Part shown: positions 18,041 to 28,734 of the stretch, piece by piece | How positions within the stretch are numbered: the stretch's first letter is position 1 | Layout: each line of letters begins with the position of its first letter | Source: an uncultured Verrucomicrobiales bacterium | Lineage (GTDB): Bacteria; Verrucomicrobiota; Verrucomicrobiia; Verrucomicrobiales; Akkermansiaceae | Assembly (NCBI GenBank): GCA_949372665.1 | Contig: CASIAV010000031.1 | Span: forward strand, 8,699 to 72,698 | Direction: 5' to 3' | DNA: 64,000 nt | The notes under the pieces: model-generated | What the model saw: only the letters and a program-made list of their open reading frames with translations | Told to the model about the DNA's origin: nothing | Database searches by the model: none | Made by a program: the position numbers and the translations under genes

Positions 18041-20913
18041 GGTTTCATCAAAGTTTCATCAAGGTTGAGAATGACGCTCGCCACGCACACCCGGGCCGCG
18101 TCGCCTTCTTTGAGTCCGGCGGACTGAAGCAGTGCCTGAGCCTCCTCCGGTTTCGATGCGAAGTCGGCTTTCATCGTCTCGTAAAGCGCGTTCAGTCGTT
18201 TCGCTTCCTCCGCGGTCGGCAGGCGTGTTAGGACAAGCCGGAAACCGTGTTCGATGTTGGTCATCCGCTTTGCCAAGGCACCGGCTGCTTCGATGAAGGC
18301 TGTGTCGTTTAGGGTCACGAGTGCTTGCAAGGGCGTATTGGTGCGGACCCGGCGGATTTGGCAAACTTCGCCGCTGCCGGCATCAAAGGAGAGCATTGCC
18401 GGATGTGGGCTGGTGCGCTTGGCGTAGGTGTAAAGCCCGCGCCGGTAGCGGTCCGGTCCGGTTGCGTTTTTCCATCGCTCACCGCTGTAGGTTGACTTCC
18501 AAACGCCGTCTGGTTGCGGTGGCATCACTGATGGGCCACCGAGTTTACGCGTCAACAAACCGGACGCGGCGAGTGATTGATCACGCACCATTTCCGCTGA
18601 GAGACGAAAGCGCGACCCTCGGCTGAGGAGCCGATTGCGTGGGTCCGCCGCATGTCTTTCGGGCGTCACCACCGCGCTTTGCCGGTAGGTCCTGGACATC
18701 ACGATAGTCTTCAGCAGTTGTTTGAGCGACCATCCCTTCACGCGGTAGTCCACTGCCAGCCAATCGAGTAATTCGGGATGCGATGGCACCGCTCCTTGTG
18801 AGCCGAAATCCTCCTCGGTCTCGACGATTCCGATGCCGAAAAGCCGCGCCCAAACCCGGTTCACCATGACTCGCGCGGTGAGTGGGTTCTCCGGCTGCAT
18901 CAGCCACTGCGCAACGCCCAATCTGTTCGCTGGCGATTCGCCGGGCAACTTGCCGAAGACTTCTGGGACACCCGCTTCGACCGTGTCGCCCTGATCGAGA
19001 AAATTACCGCGATTGTGAATACGAGTTTTGCGACGCTTCTCTCCAGCGAGCTCTCGCATGATCGCGGTTTTGGAAATCCTCGATTGCACACCCTTGAGCG
19101 CTTTCTGCGTTGTCTCTAATTTCGCCTTCAGTTCGCGCGTTGGCCCGTAGACTTGTTCGGTAAACATTTTTTCCAGACCCGCGGTCGGATCGACATTCGC
19201 CGTCAGCCACTTCGCTGGATGGGTGCTTACTGACAAGCGGAATGATTCGAAAATCAGCCCGAGGCCGTATTCCATGTCCAAAGTCAGGCGTAGTTGCCCG
19301 CCCGAGATCGGCTTGGCAAAATCGAACACTGCAACGTGCGGCTCGGCAGCCTTGGGAGAGAATGCCCAGCCTGCTTTAGGCTTGCCATCAATCGCCCTGG
19401 CGACTTCCCAGCCGCGTTGCGAAAAATCAGCGCGCGGGTTGGCAAGTTTGAGCTTCACGGGTTTGGCGCCCGGGGCGAGAAACTCTGCTGTGAGCTCACG
19501 CAAGGCCACGTTCTTGTCTGGCCACTTACCACCCTCTTTTTTTGGCAGCGCGTCAATGCGCAGTGCGGTCAAGGTTTCCCCCGCTGGCAGATTAAGGGTC
19601 AGGGTCCAGGTGTCTTTCTCCGGATTTTCCGAGCGGACCTTGAGCGTCCCGTCTTTTGCTTGAGTCAGCTTTACGCCCTGTTTGGACTCCATCCCGGCCA
19701 GCTTTAACGGTTGCCAGGGCGGCGTCTTTTTAAAGGCCGCTTTCCATTTGGAAAAAGCCTCTGCGTAGCCTGCTGGCTTTGCCTTTAGCTTTTGATCGAG
19801 CGCCTTAATTTCCGCTTCGAACTTTGCGACTTGTTCGCTTTGCTCGGCCGTGGGAGTTGGCATGACGGGCGCAGGTCGGTCGGCATCCTCGGTTTGGTTG
19901 AAGAAGCTGTAGAACGAGTAGTAATCTCCGATACTGATCGGATCATACTTGTGTGAGTGACACTTGGCACAGCCCATTGTGAGCCCCATCCAAACCTGCA
20001 TTGTGGTGTCCGCTCGGTCCTTGACGGCAGCGACGCGGAACTCCTCATCGTCTGTACCTCCCTCGTCATTTTCCATCGTGTTGCGGTGGAAAGCGGTTGC
20101 CAGAATCTGCTCGGTCGTGGGCTTGGATAAGAGGTCGCCAGCGAGTTGTTCGATCGTGAACTGGTCGTAGGGCAGGTCGCGGTTGAGTGCCTCGATCACC
20201 CAATCGCGGAAGCGCCACATGTCGCGGTGACGATCTTTCTCGTAACCTTTCGTGTCCGCAAAACGCGCCAAGTCGAGCCACATTCGTGCCCAATGTTCAC
20301 CGAAATCTTCAGCCCCTAACAAGCGAGCAACCACTGCTTCGAAATCGCCCGACTTCACAAAGGCATCTGCGTCCTCAATCGTCGGAGGCAAACCAGTGAG
20401 GTCGAGCGAGACCCGGCGGATCAACGCGTAACGATCCGCCTCGGCTGCAGGCGCAAGCCCGGTCGCCTTCTTCAGTTGCTCACCAACAAAATGATCAATG
20501 GGATGCTTTCCCTCTGGCACGGCCATCTTAAAGGGCGGTTCAAAGGACCAGTGCGTATCGTATTCCCCTCCTGAAGCGACCCAGGCCCGCAGCAGTTTTT
20601 TCTGAGCCTCGGTGAGAACATGCCCTGTGTCCTCTGGCGGCATGAGATCATCTTCATCGTCGGTCTCAATCCGATAGACCAACTCGCTATCCTCTACCGG
20701 TCCTAGCATTTTCCTAGCCCCCTTTGCGGTATCAAGTCGGAGATCACCTTCGCGGGCTTCCTTGTCCGGTCCATGACAGGCGAAGCAGTTCGCCGAGAGG
20801 ATTGGCCGGATGTCCCGGTTGAAATCCACCGGTGGTTCACCGCAAGCGATCGAGACCAGCAAAGTTGAAGTGATGACGGCCAAAAGCGTTTTCATGATGG
20901 CGGATACTGGCAT
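18037..20913 (-). CDS. PSCyt1-DUF1549-DUF1553 (PSD1) large secreted two-CxxCH protein
   Basis: Signal peptide (alternative start at MKTLL, 20895). [35 protein letters not shown]. The DUF1553-type C-terminal half has ANRLGVAQWL...NPLTARVMVNRVW. Confidence 0.9.
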   Translation of the reverse strand: MPVSAIMKTLLAVITSTLLVSIACGEPPVDFNRDIRPILSANCFACHGPDKEAREGDLRLDTAKGARKMLGPVEDSELVYRIETDDEDDLMPPEDTGHVLTEAQKKLLRAWVASGGEYDTHWSFEPPFKMAVPEGKHPIDHFVGEQLKKATGLAPAAEADRYALIRRVSLDLTGLPPTIEDADAFVKSGDFEAVVARLLGAEDFGEHWARMWLDLARFADTKGYEKDRHRDMWRFRDWVIEALNRDLPYDQFTIEQLAGDLLSKPTTEQILATAFHRNTMENDEGGTDDEEFRVAAVKDRADTTMQVWMGLTMGCAKCHSHKYDPISIGDYYSFYSFFNQTEDADRPAPVMPTPTAEQSEQVAKFEAEIKALDQKLKAKPAGYAEAFSKWKAAFKKTPPWQPLKLAGMESKQGVKLTQAKDGTLKVRSENPEKDTWTLTLNLPAGETLTALRIDALPKKEGGKWPDKNVALRELTAEFLAPGAKPVKLKLANPRADFSQRGWEVARAIDGKPKAGWAFSPKAAEPHVAVFDFAKPISGGQLRLTLDMEYGLGLIFESFRLSVSTHPAKWLTANVDPTAGLEKMFTEQVYGPTRELKAKLETTQKALKGVQSRISKTAIMRELAGEKRRKTRIHNRGNFLDQGDTVEAGVPEVFGKLPGESPANRLGVAQWLMQPENPLTARVMVNRVWARLFGIGIVETEEDFGSQGAVPSHPELLDWLAVDYRVKGWSLKQLLKTIVMSRTYRQSAVVTPERHAADPRNRLLSRGSRFRLSAEMVRDQSLAASGLLTRKLGGPSVMPPQPDGVWKSTYSGERWKNATGPDRYRRGLYTYAKRTSPHPAMLSFDAGSGEVCQIRRVRTNTPLQALVTLNDTAFIEAAGALAKRMTNIEHGFRLVLTRLPTAEEAKRLNALYETMKADFASKPEEAQALLQSAGLKEGDAARVCVASVILNLDETLMKP

Positions 20914-20995
20914 AAGAATGAAAGGTGGTCTGGTAATTTTCTTGTATAAACGACGAATTAAAATGTACGGATATTTCTTAGGGTCAATTAACCAT

Positions 20996-21039
20996 CTTGC
21001 TCTTCTTGCTCTTCTTGCTCTTCTTGCTCTTCTTGCTCT
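20996..21039. repeat. 9-bp tandem repeat CTTGCTCTT, about 4.9 copies
   Basis: Direct reading gives cttgctctt cttgctctt cttgctctt cttgctctt cttgctct. It lies in the 204-bp divergent intergenic region between 20913 (-) and 21118 (+). Confidence 0.9.
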
Positions 21040-21117
21040 CTGACATCAGAGTCTTAGAAGTCCGTGTGGGAAAAAAATCTGGAAAGCTCACATCAAAATT
21101 ACCGTAGTAAATACCTA

Positions 21118-24102
21118 ATGAAACATCACCTGATTCACCTCACCATTTTGAGCTTTTTGTGCCTGAAGGCCTTTGCTGCCGATCCCATGTGGATTTGGAA
21201 GGCCGGCACCATCGCAAGCGAAGAGGCGAACTTTAAAACAACTCTGACGCTTAAGGCCAAGCCGGCCAAGGCTCCCTTGATTATCACTTGTGACAATTCC
21301 TTTAAACTCAGCATCAATGGTAAAAAAGTCACCGCTTCTAAAAATTGGGAGACGCCAGTCAGGATGGATGTTGCGAAGTTTCTTCAGGCTGGAAAGAATT
21401 ACGTGCTCGTAGAGGCTGATAATGAAGGTTCGATGGCCGGTTTCATCATGTCGCTGAAGGCTGGAAAGCAAAAGTTGGTCACCAATAAGAACTGGATGGC
21501 GCAGTCGCATGAGGGCGAATGGCACCAGGCCGTTGAGCTGAAGAAGTATGGAGCAGAACCCTGGGGGAATGTTTTCAATCAAGCGGCAGGCCCTGGCCAA
21601 ATTGCCAAAGCCACGAATTCGCCTAAGTCTATTCCGGTGACCACCTTACCAGGTTTCAAGGCGGAGAAGATTTACGATGTAAATAAAGCCTCGCAGGGGT
21701 CATGGGTGGGAATGACGGTCGATCCCAAGGGGCGGCTCATCACAACGGACCAATATGGCGGAATTTACCGGGTCACCCTGAACCCGAAAGTTTCGGTCGA
21801 AAGGCTCAAGGTTAATGTGAGCGGCGGTCATGGTGCGCTCTATGCTTTCGACAGCCTCTACATCATGGTTGGCGAAGGCAAACGTGGCCTCTACCGCCTA
21901 CGCGATACCAACGGCGACGACCAGTATGACAAAGAGGAATATCTCATTCCGCTTAAGGCTGGTGGCGAGCATGGGTCGCATAGTCTGGTGCTGAGCCCGG
22001 ATAAAAAGTCGATTTACATGGTGGGAGGTAATAACACGGACATGCCACCCTCGGTGACTTCATACCGGATGGCAAAAGCCTGGAAAGAAGATCATATTCT
22101 TCCGCGCATGCCCGACGGACGGGGTCACAACAACGGGCGGATGGCTCCTGGCGGTTTCATCATGAAGGTCAGTCCCGATGGCAAAACGCAGGAAATGATC
22201 TGCCACGGTTTCCGCAATGAATTTGATGCTGCCTTTAATCTGGATGGTGAACTCTTCGCGTTCGACGCGGATATGGAATACGACATCGGTGCCCCGTGGT
22301 ATCGTCCGACACGCGTGAATCATGTTGTTTCTGGCGTGGACTGGGGCTGGCGCCATGGCACCGGAAAATGGCCGAACTATTACACCGATACTTTACCGGC
22401 AACGATCGACATTGGACCTGGTAGTCCGACCGGAGTCAGTAATGGACTGGGAGCCCGCTTTCCCGCGAAATACCAAAAAGCGATCTACATCAACGACTGG
22501 ACCTATGGAACGATGTATGCGATCCATCTTGAGCAGGACGGAGCGAGCTACAAAGCAACCAAGGAAGAATTTGTCTCCGGAAAACCTCTTCCTTTAACCG
22601 ATGTCACCATTCATCCAGATGGCGATATGTACTTTATGGTTGGTGGACGCCGGACCACTTCGGCTCTCTATAAGCTCACTTACGTGGGTGACGAATCAAC
22701 TGCTCGGGTGAAAGCTGGTGCGGTCGATACGGATCTCACCCTTCGTCGTAAAATTGAAACTCTTCATGAGGTCGGAGTTGGTGAAGAGGCGATTGCCAAA
22801 GCGCTGCCATACCTGAAACACCAAGATCGGTTCATCCGATATGCGGCGCGTGTGGCTCTCGAGAAACAGCCGGCAACAAAGTGGCAACATCATCTCACCA
22901 AGGAGAAATCTCCCTGGGGCGTGATCGAACTTTCCACTGCGCTGGCACGCATGAGCACAAAAGACCAACAGCCTAAGATCCTCGCGGCATTGAATCAGTT
23001 GGATTTCAAAAATATGGAAGCGAAGCAGTTTTTGGCCGCTCTGCGCGCTTACCAATTGGCCTTCACTCGACTCGATAAACCGAGCTCGGCTGATGCAGCC
23101 GCAGTGATTGGCACCTTGAATGGTTTATACCCACATGAGGATAATTTCGTGAATCGCGAACTCAGTCAGATTCTACTCTATCTGAATGCTCCCGGCGCGG
23201 TGTCCAAGACCGTGCAGCTGGTTATGAATGCCACTGACATTCAGGAGAAGATTCTCGAAGACAAGGTCCTGCAGCGAAATGATAATTATGCCAAAGCGGC
23301 TCAGCGGACCGAACAATTCCGCCCTAATGTGCAACAATTCGCCCTAGCCTTCTCACTCCGCTCGATCAAAGAGGGTTGGAGCGCCGCCGACCATGCGAGC
23401 TATTTCTCATGGTTCCCACGAGCAAAAACCTGGCAGGGAGGAAACAGCTATGGGGCCTTCATCGAAAATTCCCGCAAGCAAGCGCTCGTTAATGTTACGA
23501 ATGAAGCAGCCCGGAAAAAATACGACGCCGCTTCCGCCAAATCCATGATGCCAGCTCGGGCAATTCAGACTCCCAAAGGTCCGGGTCGTTCATGGACTGT
23601 GAAAGAAGCGGTCTCGGCGGTTGAAGGGAATATGAAGGGTCGAGACTTCGCTAGTGGAGAAAACCTCTTCCACGCTACCGCCTGTGCCTCGTGCCACCGC
23701 TTTGCTGGAGAGGGGATGGGGATCGGCCCGGATCTCACTGGCTCCGCCAATCGTTACGCTTTACGGGACATGATGGAGAACATCATTGAACCATCCAAGG
23801 TGATTTCTGATCAATACATCAGCACTGGGTTTACCATGAAGGACGGGTCGACTGCCATTGGCCGCATTGCCAAAGAAAATGACGGGATGCTTCATCTCAT
23901 GACCAACCCCTTTTCTGCGGACAGCAACGTGCAAATCAAGGCCGCAGATGTGAAGAGCAGAGCTCCCCACGAAGTCTCGCATATGCCACCTTCGCTTATC
24001 AATGGGCTCAACTCTGATGAACTGAGTGACTTGGTTGCCTATATCTTTTCTGCTGGAGACAAAGACCATCAATACTTCTCAGGTGGGAAGAAGAAGCAAT
24101 AG
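21118..24102 (+). CDS. PVC-type dehydrogenase-like beta-propeller / HEAT-repeat / C-terminal CxxCH heme-binding protein with an N-terminal jelly-roll module
   Basis: ATG 21118 (MKHHLIHLTILSFLCLKAFA signal). Propeller-type LPGFKAEKIYD...GMTVDPKGRLITTDQYGGIYRV. HEAT-like repeats. C-terminal CASCHRFAGEGMGIGPDLTG...MPP. Confidence 0.8.
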   Translation: MKHHLIHLTILSFLCLKAFAADPMWIWKAGTIASEEANFKTTLTLKAKPAKAPLIITCDNSFKLSINGKKVTASKNWETPVRMDVAKFLQAGKNYVLVEADNEGSMAGFIMSLKAGKQKLVTNKNWMAQSHEGEWHQAVELKKYGAEPWGNVFNQAAGPGQIAKATNSPKSIPVTTLPGFKAEKIYDVNKASQGSWVGMTVDPKGRLITTDQYGGIYRVTLNPKVSVERLKVNVSGGHGALYAFDSLYIMVGEGKRGLYRLRDTNGDDQYDKEEYLIPLKAGGEHGSHSLVLSPDKKSIYMVGGNNTDMPPSVTSYRMAKAWKEDHILPRMPDGRGHNNGRMAPGGFIMKVSPDGKTQEMICHGFRNEFDAAFNLDGELFAFDADMEYDIGAPWYRPTRVNHVVSGVDWGWRHGTGKWPNYYTDTLPATIDIGPGSPTGVSNGLGARFPAKYQKAIYINDWTYGTMYAIHLEQDGASYKATKEEFVSGKPLPLTDVTIHPDGDMYFMVGGRRTTSALYKLTYVGDESTARVKAGAVDTDLTLRRKIETLHEVGVGEEAIAKALPYLKHQDRFIRYAARVALEKQPATKWQHHLTKEKSPWGVIELSTALARMSTKDQQPKILAALNQLDFKNMEAKQFLAALRAYQLAFTRLDKPSSADAAAVIGTLNGLYPHEDNFVNRELSQILLYLNAPGAVSKTVQLVMNATDIQEKILEDKVLQRNDNYAKAAQRTEQFRPNVQQFALAFSLRSIKEGWSAADHASYFSWFPRAKTWQGGNSYGAFIENSRKQALVNVTNEAARKKYDAASAKSMMPARAIQTPKGPGRSWTVKEAVSAVEGNMKGRDFASGENLFHATACASCHRFAGEGMGIGPDLTGSANRYALRDMMENIIEPSKVISDQYISTGFTMKDGSTAIGRIAKENDGMLHLMTNPFSADSNVQIKAADVKSRAPHEVSHMPPSLINGLNSDELSDLVAYIFSAGDKDHQYFSGGKKKQ

Positions 24103-24138
24103 GTTGAATGGTTTAACTCTCCGTTAGGAAACCAATCG

Positions 24139-27126
24139 GTGAAACACTTGAAAGGAATTTTCCTGGCGCTGTTCGCTTCCTCCGCATTGTCGGCGGATGA
24201 GGTGCCGCTGAGCTTTAACCGCGACATCCGCCCGATCCTTTCGGATAACTGCTTTGGCTGCCATGGGACGGACGCGCACGATGCAAAGGCAGGGCTGCAA
24301 CTCCATTCATTCGAGTTAGCGACGATGCGGATTGGCAAGAAAATGGATCGTCAGGCACTGGTTCCCAGAGACCGGGGAGCGAGCGAGTTGTGGAAACGCG
24401 TCAGCGCTAAGGACCCGGAGGAAATCATGCCGCCGCCCGATTCGAACCACCGGCTCTCCCTGGAGCAGATCGAACTCCTCGGGCGTTGGATCGATCAGGG
24501 TGGAGAGTATGAAGGTCACTGGTCATTCCAAACGGTGGCTGCGCCAAAGGGAGCCTCGATCGATTCATTGATCCGTGCGCAGTTCGAGGGGAGTGGCTTG
24601 CGGCCGGCACCGCCCGCGAATCGGGAGACTTTGTTGCGCCGGCTCACCCAGGACTTAACCGGATTACCCCCGACGCCTGAGGAGATTGATGCCTTCCTGG
24701 CCGATCAAAAACCGGGTGCATATGAGCGGGTGGTTGACCGGCTGCTTGCGTCGCCCGCGACTGCTGAACGGCTCGCGGTCGACTGGCTCGACGGCGCGCG
24801 CTATGCGGACACCAACGGTTACTCGATCGATGACCACCGTGACATGTGGATCTGGCGCGACTGGGTGCTCCATGCTTTTCTCACTAACAAACGCTTCGAC
24901 GAGTTCGCGGTCGAACAGATTGCTGGCGATCTTTTACCAAATGCCACCGAGCAGCAGCGCGTTGCCACCGGTTTCCTGCGCAACAGCATGAACACGCACG
25001 AGGGCGGGACGATCCCCGAGGAATACCGCGTGACTTACAACGTCGATAAAGTCGACACGGTCGCGACGGTCTTCATGGGGCTAACCATGAAATGTGCGCA
25101 GTGCCACGATCATAAGTACGATCCGATCTCGCAAAAGGAATTCTATCAATTCTACGCTTTCTTTAACCAATCGAGCGAGCCTGGGAGTGGCGGGACGAAT
25201 TCCAATACCGCACCGCTGATTGAAGCTGGATCGGCGATCTGTGACGCTGATCGGGTCAAGCGTGACGTAGGCCAACGGATTGCCGAACTCGATCGGTTGC
25301 GCGTCACACCCGAGCCGGCAATGGCGAGGATTCGCGACGAATGGGAAGCGCGCACCCTGCCGGCCCTCGCACCGTCGCCGAAAGAGGCAGCGAAGCCCGC
25401 AGATTTGCCACGTGTTCCGCACAGCTCGGCGTCGTGGATATGGGCCGCTGACGATAAACAGGCGGCGAAGGCGCTGTTCGAGCACCGCTTCCGACTTGAG
25501 GGGGAGCCGTCTGCGGCGCAGCTGCTTTTCACCTGCGATGACGCGTGCACGATCAAGATCAACGGGGGTCAAGCGATCGAGAAAAAGTCGCTTTGGATGG
25601 AGCCGAAGGTCGTTCGGATCACCAATTTAAAAGAGGGAGAGAATCACATTGAGATCTCCGCAACCAACGATGGCCCGAGCCCGGCAGGCTTACTGGTCAG
25701 CCTCGCGGTGCGAGCTGACGATGGCACTGTAAAACACTTTGTGAGCAGTTCGGCATGGTCGGCGAAAATCGTGGGTGCCAAGTGGAAACCAGCGGCTGAC
25801 TTGGGTCAGTATGGCAGTGCTCCTTGGGGTAAAAAGATTCAAGAAAAGGGGTCTCCTGGCGACGTGGGGAATAAGGCTCTTTATCTCGCTCTTTCAAAAC
25901 CGAAATTGAAACGCAGCAAGGCTGATTGGAAGACAGTCAACGATGCTTTTGCTGCCGTCTCCGGGCCGTTCAAGATTTATATCCACCAGCTCAACCTTGA
26001 GGAAAAGGTTCTGAGTAAGACCGCGCAATCGGGTCGCGCCACTGTTATGGTGATGGACTACAAACCGCGCGACACCCATATCCTTGACCGTGGGGCCTAC
26101 GACCAACCCGGAGAGAAAGTCACTGCAGATGGGCCGGCGATCCTCCCTCTACTGAATGGTTCCGATGGCAAGGCGAAGACCCGACTGGAACTCGCCAGAT
26201 GGCTAGTTGACCCAGCGCACCCGTTGACCTCGCGCGTCATTGTTAACCGATATTGGCAGATGATCTTCGGCACTGGCTTGGTGAAAACCGCTGAGGATTT
26301 CGGCGCGCAGGGCGAGTATCCGTCGCACCCCGAACTGCTCGACTGGCTAGCGGCTGATTTTGTCGAGCACGGATGGGATCTGCGGCGCACTTTAAAACAG
26401 ATCGTGATGTCCGAAACCTACGCTCAATCATCAAAGGCGACGCCCGACTCTCTTGAATTAGATCCCTACAATCGCCTGTTAGCCCGTGCACCACGTTTCC
26501 GGCTTGGAGCCGAGTTCGTCCGCGACAGTGCGCTCTTGGCCGCGGGCTTGATTAATCGCGACCTCGGTGGCCCGAGCGTCCATCCCTACCAGCCGGATGG
26601 CCTGTGGGCGGAGATTAGTCACTACGGCTATCCGGCCGGATTCACCTCCCAGAAATTCCTCCCTGGTAGCGGCCGGGCACTTTACCGTCGAAGTATGTAT
26701 ACCGCCTGGAAACGAACCTCCCCCCCGCCGAGCATGGCAATATTCGACGCGCCCTCCCGCGAGACCTGTACGGTGCGCAGGCTGAACACCAACACCCCGT
26801 TGCAGGCGCTAGTATTGCAGAACGACCCGCAGTTCCTGGAAGCGGCGCGCGCGCTTGGCGATCTTATGGCGGCTGCAGGATCGGCGGAGAAGGGGATCAC
26901 CCACGGCGCCCGGCGTGTTCTTGGCCGAGGACCGACTGCAAGAGAACTGAAAATTCTGTCCATCGCACTGACCCGCTATCAGCAGATTTTCGAATCGGAC
27001 ACTGAGAAAGCGCAGCAATTGCTCACCGCTGCCGGAGCACAAGACAGCGGCGATCCCAATCAGACCGCGTGGATGCTGGTCGCTAGCACTTTGCTAAACA
27101 TGGATGAAGCCGTGACAAGACAATGA
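24139..27126 (+). CDS. PSCyt1-DUF1549-DUF1553 large secreted two-CxxCH protein with a central jelly-roll insert
   Basis: GTG start with signal peptide. [38 protein letters not shown]1553-type C-terminal half ([24 protein letters not shown]). Confidence 0.9.
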   Translation: MKHLKGIFLALFASSALSADEVPLSFNRDIRPILSDNCFGCHGTDAHDAKAGLQLHSFELATMRIGKKMDRQALVPRDRGASELWKRVSAKDPEEIMPPPDSNHRLSLEQIELLGRWIDQGGEYEGHWSFQTVAAPKGASIDSLIRAQFEGSGLRPAPPANRETLLRRLTQDLTGLPPTPEEIDAFLADQKPGAYERVVDRLLASPATAERLAVDWLDGARYADTNGYSIDDHRDMWIWRDWVLHAFLTNKRFDEFAVEQIAGDLLPNATEQQRVATGFLRNSMNTHEGGTIPEEYRVTYNVDKVDTVATVFMGLTMKCAQCHDHKYDPISQKEFYQFYAFFNQSSEPGSGGTNSNTAPLIEAGSAICDADRVKRDVGQRIAELDRLRVTPEPAMARIRDEWEARTLPALAPSPKEAAKPADLPRVPHSSASWIWAADDKQAAKALFEHRFRLEGEPSAAQLLFTCDDACTIKINGGQAIEKKSLWMEPKVVRITNLKEGENHIEISATNDGPSPAGLLVSLAVRADDGTVKHFVSSSAWSAKIVGAKWKPAADLGQYGSAPWGKKIQEKGSPGDVGNKALYLALSKPKLKRSKADWKTVNDAFAAVSGPFKIYIHQLNLEEKVLSKTAQSGRATVMVMDYKPRDTHILDRGAYDQPGEKVTADGPAILPLLNGSDGKAKTRLELARWLVDPAHPLTSRVIVNRYWQMIFGTGLVKTAEDFGAQGEYPSHPELLDWLAADFVEHGWDLRRTLKQIVMSETYAQSSKATPDSLELDPYNRLLARAPRFRLGAEFVRDSALLAAGLINRDLGGPSVHPYQPDGLWAEISHYGYPAGFTSQKFLPGSGRALYRRSMYTAWKRTSPPPSMAIFDAPSRETCTVRRLNTNTPLQALVLQNDPQFLEAARALGDLMAAAGSAEKGITHGARRVLGRGPTARELKILSIALTRYQQIFESDTEKAQQLLTAAGAQDSGDPNQTAWMLVASTLLNMDEAVTRQ

Positions 27127-28556
27127 TCATCAACGACGACACCAACACTCTACTTTCGCGTCGCGCCTTTCTGGGGCAGTCTGGTATCGGACTTGGTGCC
27201 CTTGCCGCGACCTCACTTCTGAATGATGCCACCGCTGCGGAATCTGGTCAGAATGATCTGCCGCATTTCCCAGCGAAAGCAAAGCGCGTCATCTACATGT
27301 TCCAGTCGGGTGGGCCGTCGCACATCGACCTTTTTGATCATTCGCCAGCCATCAAAAAATTGCATGGCAGCGAATTGCCCGACAGCATCCGTGGCGGACA
27401 GCGCGTGACCGGGATGACCGCCGGGCTGAAGAATTTTTTAGTCTGTGGTCCGATGTCGCCGATGAAGCAGCGCGGAGAGAGTGGCACTTGGATGAGCGAT
27501 TTTATACCCTACACGGCGTCAATTGCTGACAAGCTCACGGTGATCAATTCGATGCATACCGAGGCGATCAATCATGACCCCGGGATCACTTTGATTAACA
27601 CTGGTTCGCAGATTCCGGGTCGTCCCAGTCTCGGAGCTTGGGCAGGTTATGGATTAGGCAGCACAAACGAGAACATGCCAGCCTACATTGTCCTCCTTTC
27701 GCAGGGGAGCGGGAAGAATCCGGGACAACCAATTTTCTCCCGCTTATGGGGAAGTGGTTTTCTTCCTTCAAACCATCAGGGTGTATTGATGCGCAGCGGT
27801 AGGAATCCGCTTCTCTACCTCAAAGATCCCAATGGGCTCGATCGCTCGACACGGCGCGAGATGCTCGATGATCTTGCGGCCCTCAACGGAGATTCGTTTG
27901 GCCGCTTCGGCGACCCGGAGATCCAGACGCGCATCGCCCAGTATGAGATGGCTTTTCGCATGCAGACCACCGCTCCGGAAATCGTCGATCTTTCGGACGA
28001 GCCAGAGAGCACTTTCAAACTCTACGGCGATGCCGCGCGTCAACCGGGCACCTACGCTTACAACTGTCTTTTGGCGCGGCGCCTGGCCGAACGCGACGTG
28101 CGATTCGTGCAACTGTTCCACCGTGGTTGGGACCAACACGGCAGCCTCGTTCCTCATCTGACCGCGCAGTGTAAGGATACCGATCAGGCCTCGGCAGCGC
28201 TGGTCACTGATCTTGAACAGCGGGGGTTACTCGACGACACTCTGGTGATTTGGGGCGGCGAATTTGGGCGCACTAGTTACAGCCAAGGAGGCTTGGGTAA
28301 CGGCCGCGATCACCACGGTCGCTGCTTTTCAATTTGGATGGCGGGTGGAGGGATCAAACGCGGTCAAGTCCATGGTGCCACAGACGACTACTGTTATAAT
28401 ATCGTCAAAGATCCCGTGCACATTAACGATATGAATGCCACCATCCTCCATTGCATGGGGATGGACCATGAGCGTTTCACTTTCAAATTTCAAGGGCTCA
28501 ACACCCGTCTCACTGGAGTGGAGGAAGCGCATGTGGTGCAGCAAATCCTCGCTTAA
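27123..28556 (+). CDS. DUF1501 domain protein, Tat-signal
   Basis: ATGA overlap at 27123-27126. [39 protein letters not shown]...[17 protein letters not shown]. Confidence 0.9.
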   Translation: MIINDDTNTLLSRRAFLGQSGIGLGALAATSLLNDATAAESGQNDLPHFPAKAKRVIYMFQSGGPSHIDLFDHSPAIKKLHGSELPDSIRGGQRVTGMTAGLKNFLVCGPMSPMKQRGESGTWMSDFIPYTASIADKLTVINSMHTEAINHDPGITLINTGSQIPGRPSLGAWAGYGLGSTNENMPAYIVLLSQGSGKNPGQPIFSRLWGSGFLPSNHQGVLMRSGRNPLLYLKDPNGLDRSTRREMLDDLAALNGDSFGRFGDPEIQTRIAQYEMAFRMQTTAPEIVDLSDEPESTFKLYGDAARQPGTYAYNCLLARRLAERDVRFVQLFHRGWDQHGSLVPHLTAQCKDTDQASAALVTDLEQRGLLDDTLVIWGGEFGRTSYSQGGLGNGRDHHGRCFSIWMAGGGIKRGQVHGATDDYCYNIVKDPVHINDMNATILHCMGMDHERFTFKFQGLNTRLTGVEEAHVVQQILA

Positions 28557-28613
28557 GGCGAGAATCACCTGATTTAAATGCTACCGCCAGGAATTTGCTT
28601 TTTGCGGAAAGGC

Positions 28614-28659
28614 TCAGGCCCAAGTCGTCCGTGACAAACAGCTTGAGGGCCTGGGTTTT
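28614..28659 (+). terminator. Candidate hairpin terminator in the convergent intergenic region
   Basis: CAGGCCCAAG ... CTTG(AG)GGCCTG forms a 10-bp stem with a 2-nt bulge and a loop of about 17 nt, followed by GGTTTTAGG. It is weak. Confidence 0.3.
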
Positions 28660-28734
28660 AGGCATCTTGATCAGTTGAGGTCATACTGATGAGAGATCGG
28701 GACTCTCCCCTCATATGGCTTTCCGCCTAAGTCG

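Noticed and set aside
20996-21039. Possible CRISPR array or other spaced repeat.
   Set aside because: The units are only 9 bp and directly abut, with no spacers. There are no cas genes in the window.
20810-21043. 77-aa ORF ending in LALLALLALLALLAL.
   Set aside because: The leucine/alanine tail is just the translation of the 9-bp tandem repeat. The 5' part is antisense to the signal-peptide region of 18037-20913. It is not a gene.
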